Source: a virus (taxonomy: Duplodnaviria > Caudoviricetes). Taken from it: a stretch of 64,000 bases of DNA. Below, piece after piece: positions 54,855 to 64,000 of this stretch. The notes under the pieces were generated by a model, which saw only the letters and a list, made by a program, of their open reading frames with translations, was not told the DNA's origin and searched no databases. The translations under genes and the position numbers were made by a program. The stretch lies in the IMG/VR virus record IMGVR_UViG_3300025913_000019. One strand, given 5' to 3'. Position 1 is the stretch's first letter. Each line of letters opens with the position of its first letter.

Positions 54855-56687
54855 TTAGGTCAGACGGATAGGCACGGGCGCCGGTTCGATCTGGAGCTGC
54901 GTCGTCGACAGAGCCTTGCCGACGTAGACGAGGTAACCCGTCGTCGGAGCAGTGGCGGTGATGCCACCGGCTGTGCCGTTCGACAGGAAGTACTTCGCGC
55001 CCGCGGTCAGGCCACCCGAGCCGCCGGTCACGACGTCCCACTGGGCAGTTGTCGCCGTCAGCACACCATCGGTCGCGATGTTGCCGGCCGCACCGTTGTT
55101 CACCGACGTGTCGAGGACGAGACCGGTGACGAGACGCGTGGCCGAGGCATTGGCTTGCGCCAGCTTGAACGTGCCCGATGCATCCGAGTAGACCGCACGA
55201 CCGATGACGACCGTCGAGCCCTGGTTGTTCGTCAGCGACGTCTGCACGACAGCCGCGACAGAGGACACGGTCGTACCGCTCGTGATGCGGCCGTATGTGT
55301 CGACCGTCACCTGGTTGTACGTGCCCGGGGTCGCGATGACGCCAGAGGCCAAGTCGAGGGTGGGGTTGCCTGCAGCGCCGTCGCCATTGGAGACCGTGAT
55401 GCGGCTGGAGCTTGCGGTCGCGACGCTGCGGTTCGCGAACGTGTTGGCACCCGTCTGCGCGACGATGCCGTTGCCAGCCAGGGCCGCGATGTTGGTCAGG
55501 CTCGTGCTCGAGGCCTGCGCACCCACATCGGCAGCGGTCGCAGTCGCGCCCGTCGTGACCCGACCGTAGGTGTCGACCGTGAGCTTCGTGTACGTGCCCG
55601 GCGAGACGATGCCGGATGCGAGATCGATGCCCGAACCGCCGACGACGATACGACCCGAGTTCGCAGTCACGACCGACACGACGTTGCCGCTGATGCTGAT
55701 GCCGTTGCCTTGCGACAGGTCGGTACCCTTGTTCAGCTGCGTGAACGTGATCGCGGTCGTGCCGACGGTGACGGCGCCGTTGTTGTTGCAGATCCACAGC
55801 GAGCCACCGTTGGAGGTGCCGGCCGTGTCGACGACGATGAAGGCACCGGTGAACTCGGCGCTCTGATCCATGTCGACATGGCGCGTCAGGATGTACGGGT
55901 GCGTGCCGTCCCCCAGCTGCGTCAGCGTGTACAGGCCGTTGTTGGCTTGGGTCGCCTCGTTCTTGACGAAGACGACCATGCCCACCGTGGTGGCCACGCC
56001 GTCAACCGTCAGCGCGCCGTTGGCAGTCGCCGTCAGGGTCGCACCCACGCCGGCCGTGCCGTTCGAGTACGTATTGGTCGGGAGAGCCGCGGTCGTCGCA
56101 ACCCACGCGGTCGGCTTCTGCTGCAGACCCTGCGCGATGTTGTCCACGTACTGCTTCGTTGCAGCCTGGAGAGCCGCAACAGGATCGGCAGCCAGGGTCA
56201 CGGTGCCCGTGAATGTCGCACCAGCGCCACCGGAGAGCTGCGCGTAACGCGAGTCCACCAGGCTGCTGATGTCGGCAGCGAGAACTGCGGTCGTGCCCGA
56301 GACACGGCCGTAGGTGTCCCTCGTGAACTTGAGGAACGAGCCGGTGCCGCCGTCGGTCAGAGTTGCGAGGTCGAGGGTCGGATTGCCGCCCGAGCCGTTG
56401 GCATTCGCAACCGTCAGGCGCGCAGTCGACGCGACAGCGATCGAGACATCGGTGAACGTGTTGGTGCCGGTCTGGACCATGAGGCCGGTGCTGTTCAGCG
56501 CCGCCAGGGCATCGAGACGCGCAGACCAGGCCTGCGTGTTGGTGCCGATCGTGAGACCCAGGTTGGCGACTGCACCAGACTGTGTCGTCGCTCCCGTACC
56601 ACCCTGAGCGATGGCAAGGAAGTCGCCCGACAACATCTGGCACATGTCGTTGTTCGAGTCGATGTAGAGAGGAAGAACTGCGGCCAT
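54855..56687 (-). CDS. Long fibre protein
   Basis: Repeated TVDTYGR, GNPTLDLA; QAATKQYVD; VKNE...NGLY. Confidence 0.8.
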   Translation of the reverse strand: MAAVLPLYIDSNNDMCQMLSGDFLAIAQGGTGATTQSGAVANLGLTIGTNTQAWSARLDALAALNSTGLMVQTGTNTFTDVSIAVASTARLTVANANGSGGNPTLDLATLTDGGTGSFLKFTRDTYGRVSGTTAVLAADISSLVDSRYAQLSGGAGATFTGTVTLAADPVAALQAATKQYVDNIAQGLQQKPTAWVATTAALPTNTYSNGTAGVGATLTATANGALTVDGVATTVGMVVFVKNEATQANNGLYTLTQLGDGTHPYILTRHVDMDQSAEFTGAFIVVDTAGTSNGGSLWICNNNGAVTVGTTAITFTQLNKGTDLSQGNGISISGNVVSVVTANSGRIVVGGSGIDLASGIVSPGTYTKLTVDTYGRVTTGATATAADVGAQASSTSLTNIAALAGNGIVAQTGANTFANRSVATASSSRITVSNGDGAAGNPTLDLASGVIATPGTYNQVTVDTYGRITSGTTVSSVAAVVQTSLTNNQGSTVVIGRAVYSDASGTFKLAQANASATRLVTGLVLDTSVNNGAAGNIATDGVLTATTAQWDVVTGGSGGLTAGAKYFLSNGTAGGITATAPTTGYLVYVGKALSTTQLQIEPAPVPIRLT

Positions 56688-56726
56688 TGACTTTCTCCTA
56701 GTTGGCCGCCCACCGCGGCCTAGTTG

Positions 56727-57341
56727 TTACGCAAGCCGGATCACCGGCTGAAGATCGAGAACGAATTCTGTGGCGCTCAAGGCGTAACCTACCGGAACGA
56801 GGTAGGAACTCGAAGGGGCACCCTCCGACGTGACCGTAGAACGCAGAGCACCCGGAACATGGAGGTCCAAGAAGTACCTCTGTCCGGGTTGGAGACCACC
56901 GACATCACCCGTGATCTGCTGCCACTGGAGTGCGGTGAGGACGAGGCTCCCCTCGACCAGGAAGTTACCAACGCCCAGCCAAGGCAGGACGCTCGAGTCA
57001 GCGTAGAGGCCGATGACGCGACGACCGACAAGATTGCCGATGGCGCCGAGGACCTGTGTGGGACTCGAAAGGAAGACAGGGGTGCCGGGATTCATGTCGG
57101 CACCGGTGTTGTTCTGGTACGAGTAGTACGTGTTGGCGCCTTCCAGCGCCTGCGTCACCTGGCCCTGGAGCTTGCCCAGGGCCTGGCCGACGGTATCGCC
57201 GTTTTGTACAGGCACGGCGTTGCCTGGATCGAAGCCCGACAGTGTGTTCGGTGCCTTCGTCGGATCTTGCGCCTTGACCTTCCCTCCCACGATTGGTAGC
57301 GTGGTCGAGTCGAGGTCGGCGTCAGTTACGATGGCGACCAT
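56727..57341 (-). CDS. Fibre/cement-like protein
   Basis: C-terminal domain similar to that of 54855-56687. Confidence 0.7.
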   Translation of the reverse strand: MVAIVTDADLDSTTLPIVGGKVKAQDPTKAPNTLSGFDPGNAVPVQNGDTVGQALGKLQGQVTQALEGANTYYSYQNNTGADMNPGTPVFLSSPTQVLGAIGNLVGRRVIGLYADSSVLPWLGVGNFLVEGSLVLTALQWQQITGDVGGLQPGQRYFLDLHVPGALRSTVTSEGAPSSSYLVPVGYALSATEFVLDLQPVIRLA

Positions 57342-57353
57342 GAGCTTGTTCCT

Positions 57354-57638
57354 TTAACGTGGGCGATCGGCCTTGCCGTCCAACTTGTCGTAGATGCGAT
57401 TCAGCATCTCGTGCATCTGCGCCTGGTGCTGTGTGAACATGGCTTCCAGGCGTTGGACGTGGCCGGAGAAGTCGTCCCTGCGAACGTAGTCCCTGGCGAT
57501 GGCCTTGTTGAGCTCGAGCATGTCCTCGCGGAGTTTGTCGATTGCGCCCCACATGGCTTTCAAGAGAAAGCCGCCGAGAAAGGCGACGACGGCGAAAAGA
57601 CCGTCGACCAGCAGAGTGGCGATGTCGAAGTGTTCCAT
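57354..57638 (-). CDS. Single-TM coiled-coil protein
   Basis: N-terminal TM + YVRRDDF coil. Confidence 0.7.
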   Translation of the reverse strand: MEHFDIATLLVDGLFAVVAFLGGFLLKAMWGAIDKLREDMLELNKAIARDYVRRDDFSGHVQRLEAMFTQHQAQMHEMLNRIYDKLDGKADRPR

Positions 57639-57656
57639 GGCGTTTGCTGTCCGTCG

Positions 57657-58817
57657 TCAGTTGGAGGGAGCAAGAGGACTGAGCTGGATCGTGACGCGCT
57701 TGGCGCCGTACTTCCTGTACATGGGAACCATGAGGCGGCCCCACGCGGTGAGCTCGGTCGCATCGTTGCCGGTATAGCGTCCGCACTTGTTGCTCATGGC
57801 GAAGCCGCCGACGTCGGTGCTGCTGCAGGCTGCACCATTGTTGTCATCCCACGACCAGGGCATCCAACCCCAGCCGGCGGCCTCCGCATCGGCAACCAGC
57901 TGCTCGGCCGGCACCTGCGTCTGCGACGGTCCTGTCTTCAGAGGGCCGAACTCGCCGATCATGATCGGCAGCTTCGTGGCCTTCAGGTCGTACATGGCCT
58001 TGGAGTAGCTCTGCATCCAGGGCTGCAGCGGGATCGCTGCCGTCGTCGCAGTTGCGGGAATGGGGACGTGCCACGAACCGTAGATGTGGACCGAGAACAG
58101 GATGTTCTTCAGCGGATCGGAATCGAACACGGCCTGGCCGTCGCGCACGATGGTACCGGCGTCCTGTCCGCAGTTGCCGGCATCGATCACCAGCGTACCC
58201 GTGTAGCCGCCGGCACGCATCCGACTGATGGCTCCGATGTTCGAGTCGCGCCAGACGTAGGTCGGCACGTTCGACACGCGCTTGGTCACGGGGTCTGTGA
58301 CCGCCATGACAGTACCGGGACCCCACTCGTTGGCGATGTTGATGAGGCCGAGAGTGTTCAGGCGTGTCCACGTCGAAGCCTGCGCGATCCACGTGTCCAC
58401 GATGGCGGTCAGGTACGACGGGTCCGTCTTGCACGTGCCGACCCAGCTGGAAGGCATGGGCACGATGCCCTTGTCCAGCATCTCTGTCTGGACGATGTTC
58501 CAGTTGTAGGTCGTGGAGTTCGCGAAGTTGAGGACGAGGCGCTCGGTGTTCGCGCCCGTGAGCGGGACACCCTCCTTCGATCCACCACTGTCCCAGTGAT
58601 TGCGGTTGAGACCGCGAATGCGGAACTCGTTGCCCGCCGGATCGTAGAGCTTGTAGCTGTCATCCGTCGACTGGACGCTGAGCTGCGTGCTCGGCTTCGC
58701 CACGTAGAAGCCGGCACCGGAGGCCGGACGAGGCGGATCGATGACGCAGTACTGGCCCGCGACCGCGGCATTCAGGGTCGCGACCGCGAGGGTGAGAAAT
58801 GTGATGAGGCGCTTCAT
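57657..58817 (-). CDS. Secreted GH5 glycoside hydrolase (GH5_8 mannanase-like)
   Basis: Signal peptide MKRLITFLTLAVATLNAAVA; INIANEW, VIDAG, FSVHIY, IGEFG, GWMPWSW. Confidence 0.85.
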   Translation of the reverse strand: MKRLITFLTLAVATLNAAVAGQYCVIDPPRPASGAGFYVAKPSTQLSVQSTDDSYKLYDPAGNEFRIRGLNRNHWDSGGSKEGVPLTGANTERLVLNFANSTTYNWNIVQTEMLDKGIVPMPSSWVGTCKTDPSYLTAIVDTWIAQASTWTRLNTLGLINIANEWGPGTVMAVTDPVTKRVSNVPTYVWRDSNIGAISRMRAGGYTGTLVIDAGNCGQDAGTIVRDGQAVFDSDPLKNILFSVHIYGSWHVPIPATATTAAIPLQPWMQSYSKAMYDLKATKLPIMIGEFGPLKTGPSQTQVPAEQLVADAEAAGWGWMPWSWDDNNGAACSSTDVGGFAMSNKCGRYTGNDATELTAWGRLMVPMYRKYGAKRVTIQLSPLAPSN

Positions 58818-58865
58818 GAAACTTCCTTGATCCACGGCGAGATCGTTGGGAGGGGAATAGATGGG

Positions 58866-58874
58866 ATGAAATTG
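58866..58874 (-). promoter_or_regulatory. Motif B (CAATTTCAT)
   Basis: Intergenic, ~50 nt upstream of the GH5 gene, correct strand. Confidence 0.55.
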
Positions 58875-58935
58875 ATGCTTCACCCCATCCATTGTAAGCT
58901 TCATGTAAGCGCTCTAGGTGCTTCCCAGCAACCCG

Positions 58936-60399
58936 TTAACCGAGCGTTTGCGTCGAGACGCGACCCCAACCCATGTGCGGTGCCCACGCTTTTGCGCTCG
59001 TCGTCGACCCGGCATTGACCGGATCGTAGAAGAACGAGGCGTCGGTTCGTGCACCGAAGTAGCCGCCCTTCGTGTCGTAGGCGAGCTGCCAACCGAACGC
59101 GAACTCGGGCACGCAGGTCATACGCTTGGTCGGGTCCGAGTTCGGTTGACCCAGCGTCAGATAGGCCCAACCCGTCGGCGGACTCAGCGCCACAGACTGC
59201 GTGACCGAGAGACCGTCGCTGTTCGTGACCACAAGGTTGTAGGTGCCGAACTTGATGCCCGCGACCGTCACGGTAACAGTGATGATGCCGTCAGCCCACG
59301 AGAGGACAGGCTGCAGCACGCCACCGATGTAGACCGAGCCCGTCGTCTGGCTAGCGTGGTAGTGAGCGCCGTTGATCGTCAGCACCGATCCTTCAGCTGG
59401 CGACGTCGAGCTCAGGCTCGTGATCGTCGGCATCGGGGGCAGCGTCGTGAACGTGGAACCACCGACCAGGACGTTCGAGTTACCGCCCGTGTTGACCTGA
59501 CAGAACGCGTAGTGGTAGGTCGTGTTCGACGCACCGTTGAGCAGCTGAACCGACACGGAGCCGGTGGCACCGACCGTCGTGGACCCGGCTGCTGTTGCTG
59601 CACCAGTCGAGTCTTGGCCCGCGATGATCTGCGTATCGGTCGGGGTCGAGCCGACATAGCCGACGGCGTAGAGAGTACCGGCGCCACTGTCGGTAACGCA
59701 GGTCACGGTCGCACCGACAGACGTGGGAGTGCTTTCGCTCGGCGAGGTCAGGGTCGCTGCGGGCAGTGGTGCTCCGGGCTTGATCGCGACTGCGAAGTTC
59801 ATGCCCTCATAGTTCACCGTGTCACCGGAGAACGCAGGACTGATCGCTGTCGTCGCACTCGTCACCAGGGTCGCCATCGCATAGCCGCCAGGACCCACGT
59901 AGCCGATGCCGCCCGAGGTCCAGGTGCCACCCTGTGTCGGCAACGTCGACGCCGTGATCGTGGAGTGGACGTTGCCGATGCAGAGGACCAGGAGTTCCGG
60001 CGTGACTGCGAACGGCCCGACGGAACCTACCCCGTAGAGAGTGCCATACGAGCCGTCGGTCTTCGTTACGTCGACGGTGGCGCTGTAGAGGTTCGCCCAC
60101 TCGTCGATGAACTGGATGCCGACTTCACCCGTGGCCGACGGGGTCACGGTGATCGTGTGAGATCCCGCGACTGCGTTGAGGATCAGGTAGAAGTAGGCGC
60201 TCCAGCCAGTGTCGCCGTTGGTGGCCGTGGCCACGGGAGTGATCGGACTCCCGTTGTGGGTCACTGAGGTCAGAGCCACCGATGAGTTGACGCCGACCAG
60301 CAGGGCCGACCCGAGAGCGACGCCTGTACGGGTCAGGCTGCCTCCACTCGGAATGTCGACTCCTGCAGTCGGAGTCCCTACGCGGACGGGTGCTGTCAT
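58936..60399 (-). CDS. Virion protein with IPT/Ig-like domains
   Basis: PTITSLSST...LTINGAHY...VYIGG...SWAD (IPT/TIG-like). Confidence 0.75.
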   Translation of the reverse strand: MTAPVRVGTPTAGVDIPSGGSLTRTGVALGSALLVGVNSSVALTSVTHNGSPITPVATATNGDTGWSAYFYLILNAVAGSHTITVTPSATGEVGIQFIDEWANLYSATVDVTKTDGSYGTLYGVGSVGPFAVTPELLVLCIGNVHSTITASTLPTQGGTWTSGGIGYVGPGGYAMATLVTSATTAISPAFSGDTVNYEGMNFAVAIKPGAPLPAATLTSPSESTPTSVGATVTCVTDSGAGTLYAVGYVGSTPTDTQIIAGQDSTGAATAAGSTTVGATGSVSVQLLNGASNTTYHYAFCQVNTGGNSNVLVGGSTFTTLPPMPTITSLSSTSPAEGSVLTINGAHYHASQTTGSVYIGGVLQPVLSWADGIITVTVTVAGIKFGTYNLVVTNSDGLSVTQSVALSPPTGWAYLTLGQPNSDPTKRMTCVPEFAFGWQLAYDTKGGYFGARTDASFFYDPVNAGSTTSAKAWAPHMGWGRVSTQTLG

Positions 60400-63300
60400 G
60401 TGAGAACTCCTTCAGTTGCACCGATTGTCTTGGCAGAGCCAGGCCGTGTGATCCCGTAGATGTCGGTCGTGACTCCGCTGATGATGTCCGCCACAGTCGT
60501 TGCGGCCAGGGCCGGCGATCCGGACTGCAGGCTGTAGTCGCCTCCAGCTTGCGGGTTGTTGAACTTCGGATCACCGTAGATGGACTGCGCGTCGATCGAC
60601 CAGCCGGTTGTCGTCTGCCCCATCGGATCGAAGTACACGTTCTGACTTGCGGTCAGGCCCGTGTCCGTCGACGCATTGAGCGTGTACCAGTACTGCGTCA
60701 GCGCTGTGCCTGTCCGACCTTGACGCATACGCAGGATGTTGTGGTTGAACTTGACCGTCCCGTTGGCACTGTCCATGTTGCCGTCCATGAGGACGCCAGC
60801 CGACGGTGTGCCTTCCGAGTTGACCACGTCCCACGCATCGAACGTGTTGTACTCGACACGGATGTCGATGCCAGTGACCTGTGCGGGAGAGAAGCGGATG
60901 ATCGAGAAGCCCGAATTCCAGCACACGTTGTCCCAGGCCTGATAGCCGGTGGTCGACTCGCCGATGTTGAGGCAGTACTTCGCCACGTCGTGAACCACGT
61001 TGTGGTGGACGAGGTTGCCGTACATGTACTTCGAGTTGCCGCCCTGCCAGTAGAACTGGATGCCGGAGCCGCCAGTGCAGTTGAACACCCAGTTGTAGCA
61101 GATCTCGATGTTGAAGCTGGCGTTGTCGTAGCCGGTACCACCGGAGACGCCACCGAAGTACATCCCGTGGTTCTGGAGATCGGACAGGCCCTGGATGTCG
61201 TGGCACTTGTTGAACGCGATGTAGCAGTTCGATCCCTGACCACCGATGGCGCTCGAGTTCAGGAACGAGGACGAACCAGCGATCCACGGACCGCAGTCGT
61301 TGTTGGTGACGATCCAGTGGTCAGCTCCATTCTGGAGATTGATCGGGGCACCGTCGCGGTCAGAGCCCGCACCGATGTCGATCCGCAGGTTCGTCACCTG
61401 CACGTACTGACCCCAGCCTGCCTGCGCGCGGGCCGAGTCGCAACCCTGGATGCCACCCTTGCCGGTGAACGAGCAATGCACGTCCTCGCCGGGGTAGCCC
61501 ATGATCGTGATGTAGCCGTGACCAGTCGCACCCGTGGGTGCAGTACCGGTGCCAGCGAACGGCGAGACCGAGGGTCGCGGGAAGGCCAGGAAGCGCCCGT
61601 CCTCACCAACCTGATCCGTCCACGTGCCGGCATTGCCACGCATACAGATCATGTCACCAGGCTTGAGCGTTGCCCAAATGCCGGTGTAGGTGTTGCTGGT
61701 GGTGTTGAAGAACTGCGCGTAGCGATACGGATGCGTCACGTCATCGACGACACCCGTTCCGTCGTTGCCGGCCGGAGAGCAGAAGTAGACGTGACCCGGC
61801 TGCGACACATAGGCACCGACCAGGACGTTGGTCCGCACGCCATTGACCGTGACCGAGATGTCGAGCGCGTGGCCCGGCGTGAAGCCCGCGGCATTGCCCG
61901 GCTGGATGCAGAGCTCCAGCAGCTCCAGTGCCGAGTAGACCCGGCTGGTCTTCATGTAGCGGTAGGTCGAAGCCTGATGCCACGCATTGTCGCCCAGCGG
62001 ATCGCGGAACCAGAACTGCGTGCCTGTCGAAGTGCCGAGGCCGACGGGCGTGCCGAGGCTGTAGCCGAAGACCGAGAGCGGGAAGCCCTGGCCGTTCTCA
62101 CCGTTGATGAAGGAACCAGCCTTGAGGCTCAGACCCACGATGGTCGGAGTCGTGACGCGACCCGCAGGACGATTGCCCACCGGATACAGCGTGTCCTTGA
62201 AGCCGTCGAAGTTGACAGTCAGGAGACCACCCCAGGTCTTGTCCACGATGTCCGGAGTCGGAGGCGGCGCCGGAGTCGTGTTCAGCGTGATGGTGGCGAC
62301 ACGACCCCAGCCGAAGCCAGGAGCCCACGCCTGGGCGCTGAAGCCGGTGAGCCCCGAGTTCGGAATGTAGACGACTGTGCCGTCGGGCAGGACCTCGACG
62401 AGATCGGACTCGGTGTCGTATGCGATCTGCCAGCCGGGTTGCAGCTTGCGCAGCGCCGGGAGACGATATGCATCCGCAGCCTGCACGCCCATCGTGGTCG
62501 TGGCCCAGCCAGTCTGAGCACCGAGACCACTGATGGTCACGACGTTGGTCGTGATGCCACCTGTCATGTCGATGTAGAGGGGCAACGGATGGTCGAAACC
62601 GTTGGTACCGCGATCCAGCGAGGCGAGCACGATCAGGGTGTCGGACCAAGACATCACTGTCTGTGCGACACCACCGAGGTACACGACCTTCGATCCTTGC
62701 GAGGCCCCGAAGTTCACGCCGTTGAGGGTCAACGTACCTTGATACTTCGGATTCGACGGGCTGGTCGAGTTGATGAGGGGAGCTGTGGTCGAACCCTTGA
62801 GCGCGACGGCCAGCATCGCGTATGGCTTGCTGGACCCGAAGCTCCAACCTGGCATGAACGTGCCGGTCGATGTCGTCAGCAGCGATGCTGTTCGCAGCTG
62901 CATGAAGATCGTCTCGTCGTTCTGGACCAGAGTCTCCGTGAAACCAGAGTCCACGGTCGGCGTCACCACGCTCTCCGGCCATGCAGCAAGGAAACCCAGC
63001 ACTTCGTCGTTGGTGAACGTGGTCGGGCCAACAGACAGCACCGGATCCACCGGACCTGTGTCGTTGTCCGTGACTTGGTACACGGCATCGAACACAGTGG
63101 AGGTGAAGCCACCGCGCTCGAAGAGAGCTGCCATGAGCTGGAAGTTCGAGCTCTTGGCGAACGTCACCGTCGGCTTCGCACCGATCGAAGCCGAGTTGGC
63201 GACGCAGTACCAGACGCTGATGCACTGGTTCGAGCCGTTGATCTGCCCGATCTCCTGCCAGTCATTGCCCAGGTCGTCGCTGACGGTGACGAGATAGGCA

Positions 63301-63431
63301 CTGCCGTTGCGGGTGCCGAACATGGCGAAGAGTACGGAGCCGGCTTGGATGTTGTTCGTGTACTGCTTGACGACATTGACTGTCGTGTCGGCAGATCCGG
63401 CGTAGATGTCTTGCAAGCGCGTGATACTCAT
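60396..63431 (-). CDS. Large virion protein: IPT domain plus right-handed beta-helix (depolymerase-like)
   Basis: IPT motif; Asn-ladder repeats (IAFNKCHD, ICYNWVFN, VHHNVVHD); C-terminal DPKF...LQSGSPAL. Confidence 0.8.
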   Translation of the reverse strand: MSITRLQDIYAGSADTTVNVVKQYTNNIQAGSVLFAMFGTRNGSAYLVTVSDDLGNDWQEIGQINGSNQCISVWYCVANSASIGAKPTVTFAKSSNFQLMAALFERGGFTSTVFDAVYQVTDNDTGPVDPVLSVGPTTFTNDEVLGFLAAWPESVVTPTVDSGFTETLVQNDETIFMQLRTASLLTTSTGTFMPGWSFGSSKPYAMLAVALKGSTTAPLINSTSPSNPKYQGTLTLNGVNFGASQGSKVVYLGGVAQTVMSWSDTLIVLASLDRGTNGFDHPLPLYIDMTGGITTNVVTISGLGAQTGWATTTMGVQAADAYRLPALRKLQPGWQIAYDTESDLVEVLPDGTVVYIPNSGLTGFSAQAWAPGFGWGRVATITLNTTPAPPPTPDIVDKTWGGLLTVNFDGFKDTLYPVGNRPAGRVTTPTIVGLSLKAGSFINGENGQGFPLSVFGYSLGTPVGLGTSTGTQFWFRDPLGDNAWHQASTYRYMKTSRVYSALELLELCIQPGNAAGFTPGHALDISVTVNGVRTNVLVGAYVSQPGHVYFCSPAGNDGTGVVDDVTHPYRYAQFFNTTSNTYTGIWATLKPGDMICMRGNAGTWTDQVGEDGRFLAFPRPSVSPFAGTGTAPTGATGHGYITIMGYPGEDVHCSFTGKGGIQGCDSARAQAGWGQYVQVTNLRIDIGAGSDRDGAPINLQNGADHWIVTNNDCGPWIAGSSSFLNSSAIGGQGSNCYIAFNKCHDIQGLSDLQNHGMYFGGVSGGTGYDNASFNIEICYNWVFNCTGGSGIQFYWQGGNSKYMYGNLVHHNVVHDVAKYCLNIGESTTGYQAWDNVCWNSGFSIIRFSPAQVTGIDIRVEYNTFDAWDVVNSEGTPSAGVLMDGNMDSANGTVKFNHNILRMRQGRTGTALTQYWYTLNASTDTGLTASQNVYFDPMGQTTTGWSIDAQSIYGDPKFNNPQAGGDYSLQSGSPALAATTVADIISGVTTDIYGITRPGSAKTIGATEGVLT

Positions 63432-64000
63432 ACGCCAACTCCTTGGAAGGGTCCAATGTCATTCTTCGTACCGATGGGTGTGCCGGTTCCGGTCTGAGGC
63501 CGCGGCATGCCGAAGAAGTCGTTTGCGATCGCGATCAGTTCGGCCTGTGTGACCGCGTTGAGCACAGGCGAACCTGCTTGGACAACGAAGTCTTCGGGCA
63601 GGACCGGGGTACTCGAGGCAAACAGCGGGTTGCCGACGACCGGACTGGTATCCGAGCTCGGTGGGCTCTTCAACGCATCCGGATCGTAGTACAGGTTGTT
63701 CAGCGGAGCCATCTGACCATTCGAGACCGAGTAGGCGTTGTCGGTCATGAAGTCGTTGTCAGCTCGTGGCACTCCGCGGTTCGCTGCGAGCACAAGGATG
63801 TTGTGCTGGATCGGATAGACGGTAGCAGGATCGAGTGCGTTGTCGTTGTTGACGATGCCCTGCGCCGCACCTGAGCCCGTGTAGCAGTTGTAGAACAGGT
63901 TGTGAAGGCAACGGAAGAAAGCGCCCGAGCCGCCTGCCGAGTTCGTGCGGAACCCATTGAGTCCTGTGTTGAGAACCACGTTGTCCCAAGCCGTACCCTC
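63428..64000 (-). CDS. Beta-helix virion protein, truncated by window end
   Basis: Frame open to base 64000; AWDNV and NPLF...QAGSPVL match the neighbouring gene. Confidence 0.75.
   Translation of the reverse strand, partial: EGTAWDNVVLNTGLNGFRTNSAGGSGAFFRCLHNLFYNCYTGSGAAQGIVNNDNALDPATVYPIQHNILVLAANRGVPRADNDFMTDNAYSVSNGQMAPLNNLYYDPDALKSPPSSDTSPVVGNPLFASSTPVLPEDFVVQAGSPVLNAVTQAELIAIANDFFGMPRPQTGTGTPIGTKNDIGPFQGVGV

Noticed and set aside
1-64000. Stop-codon recoding suggested by odd tRNAs
   Set aside because: Conserved genes are intact in code 11, and TGA, TAA and TAG all terminate genes normally

Overview
A 64-kb segment of a GC-rich, jumbo-type myovirus genome. It uses the standard genetic code and has densely packed genes. 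1-15 kb (+) is an accessory/host-interaction region. It encodes a PEP-CTERM surface protein, two Tat-signal proteins, a GroES, a GT-D glycosyltransferase, a zincin protease and a HAD phosphatase. It also holds a ~3-kb RNA island (3.8-6.75 kb) with tRNA-Thr(UGU), two abnormal tRNA-like RNAs with ~45-50-nt variable insertions, several unexplained highly structured RNAs, and a circularly permuted (two-piece) tmRNA with tag ANDEQFAQALAA. 15-28 kb (+) encodes a divergent sigma70-type factor, a gp32-like SSB with a long charge-blocked tail, a RecA/UvsX, the large terminase, RuvC, MmcB and the portal. 28.6-47.9 kb (+) encodes a T4-like contractile-tail baseplate, tail fibres, two DUF2827 (predicted glycosyltransferase) paralogues and a 5'-3' exonuclease. 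48-64 kb (-) holds the lysis cassette (GH19 endolysin, nested spanins, holin-like genes), fibre/decoration proteins, a secreted GH5 glycosidase and beta-helix virion proteins. Two recurring motifs, ACTGTAAA[G/T]A and [C/T]AATTT[C/T]AT, look like phage promoters. A betaproteobacterial host is inferred from the tmRNA tag and the PEP-CTERM and DUF2827 families, not shown. All family assignments come from motif recognition by eye; no searches were run. Start codons were adjusted by eye using SD-like sites.
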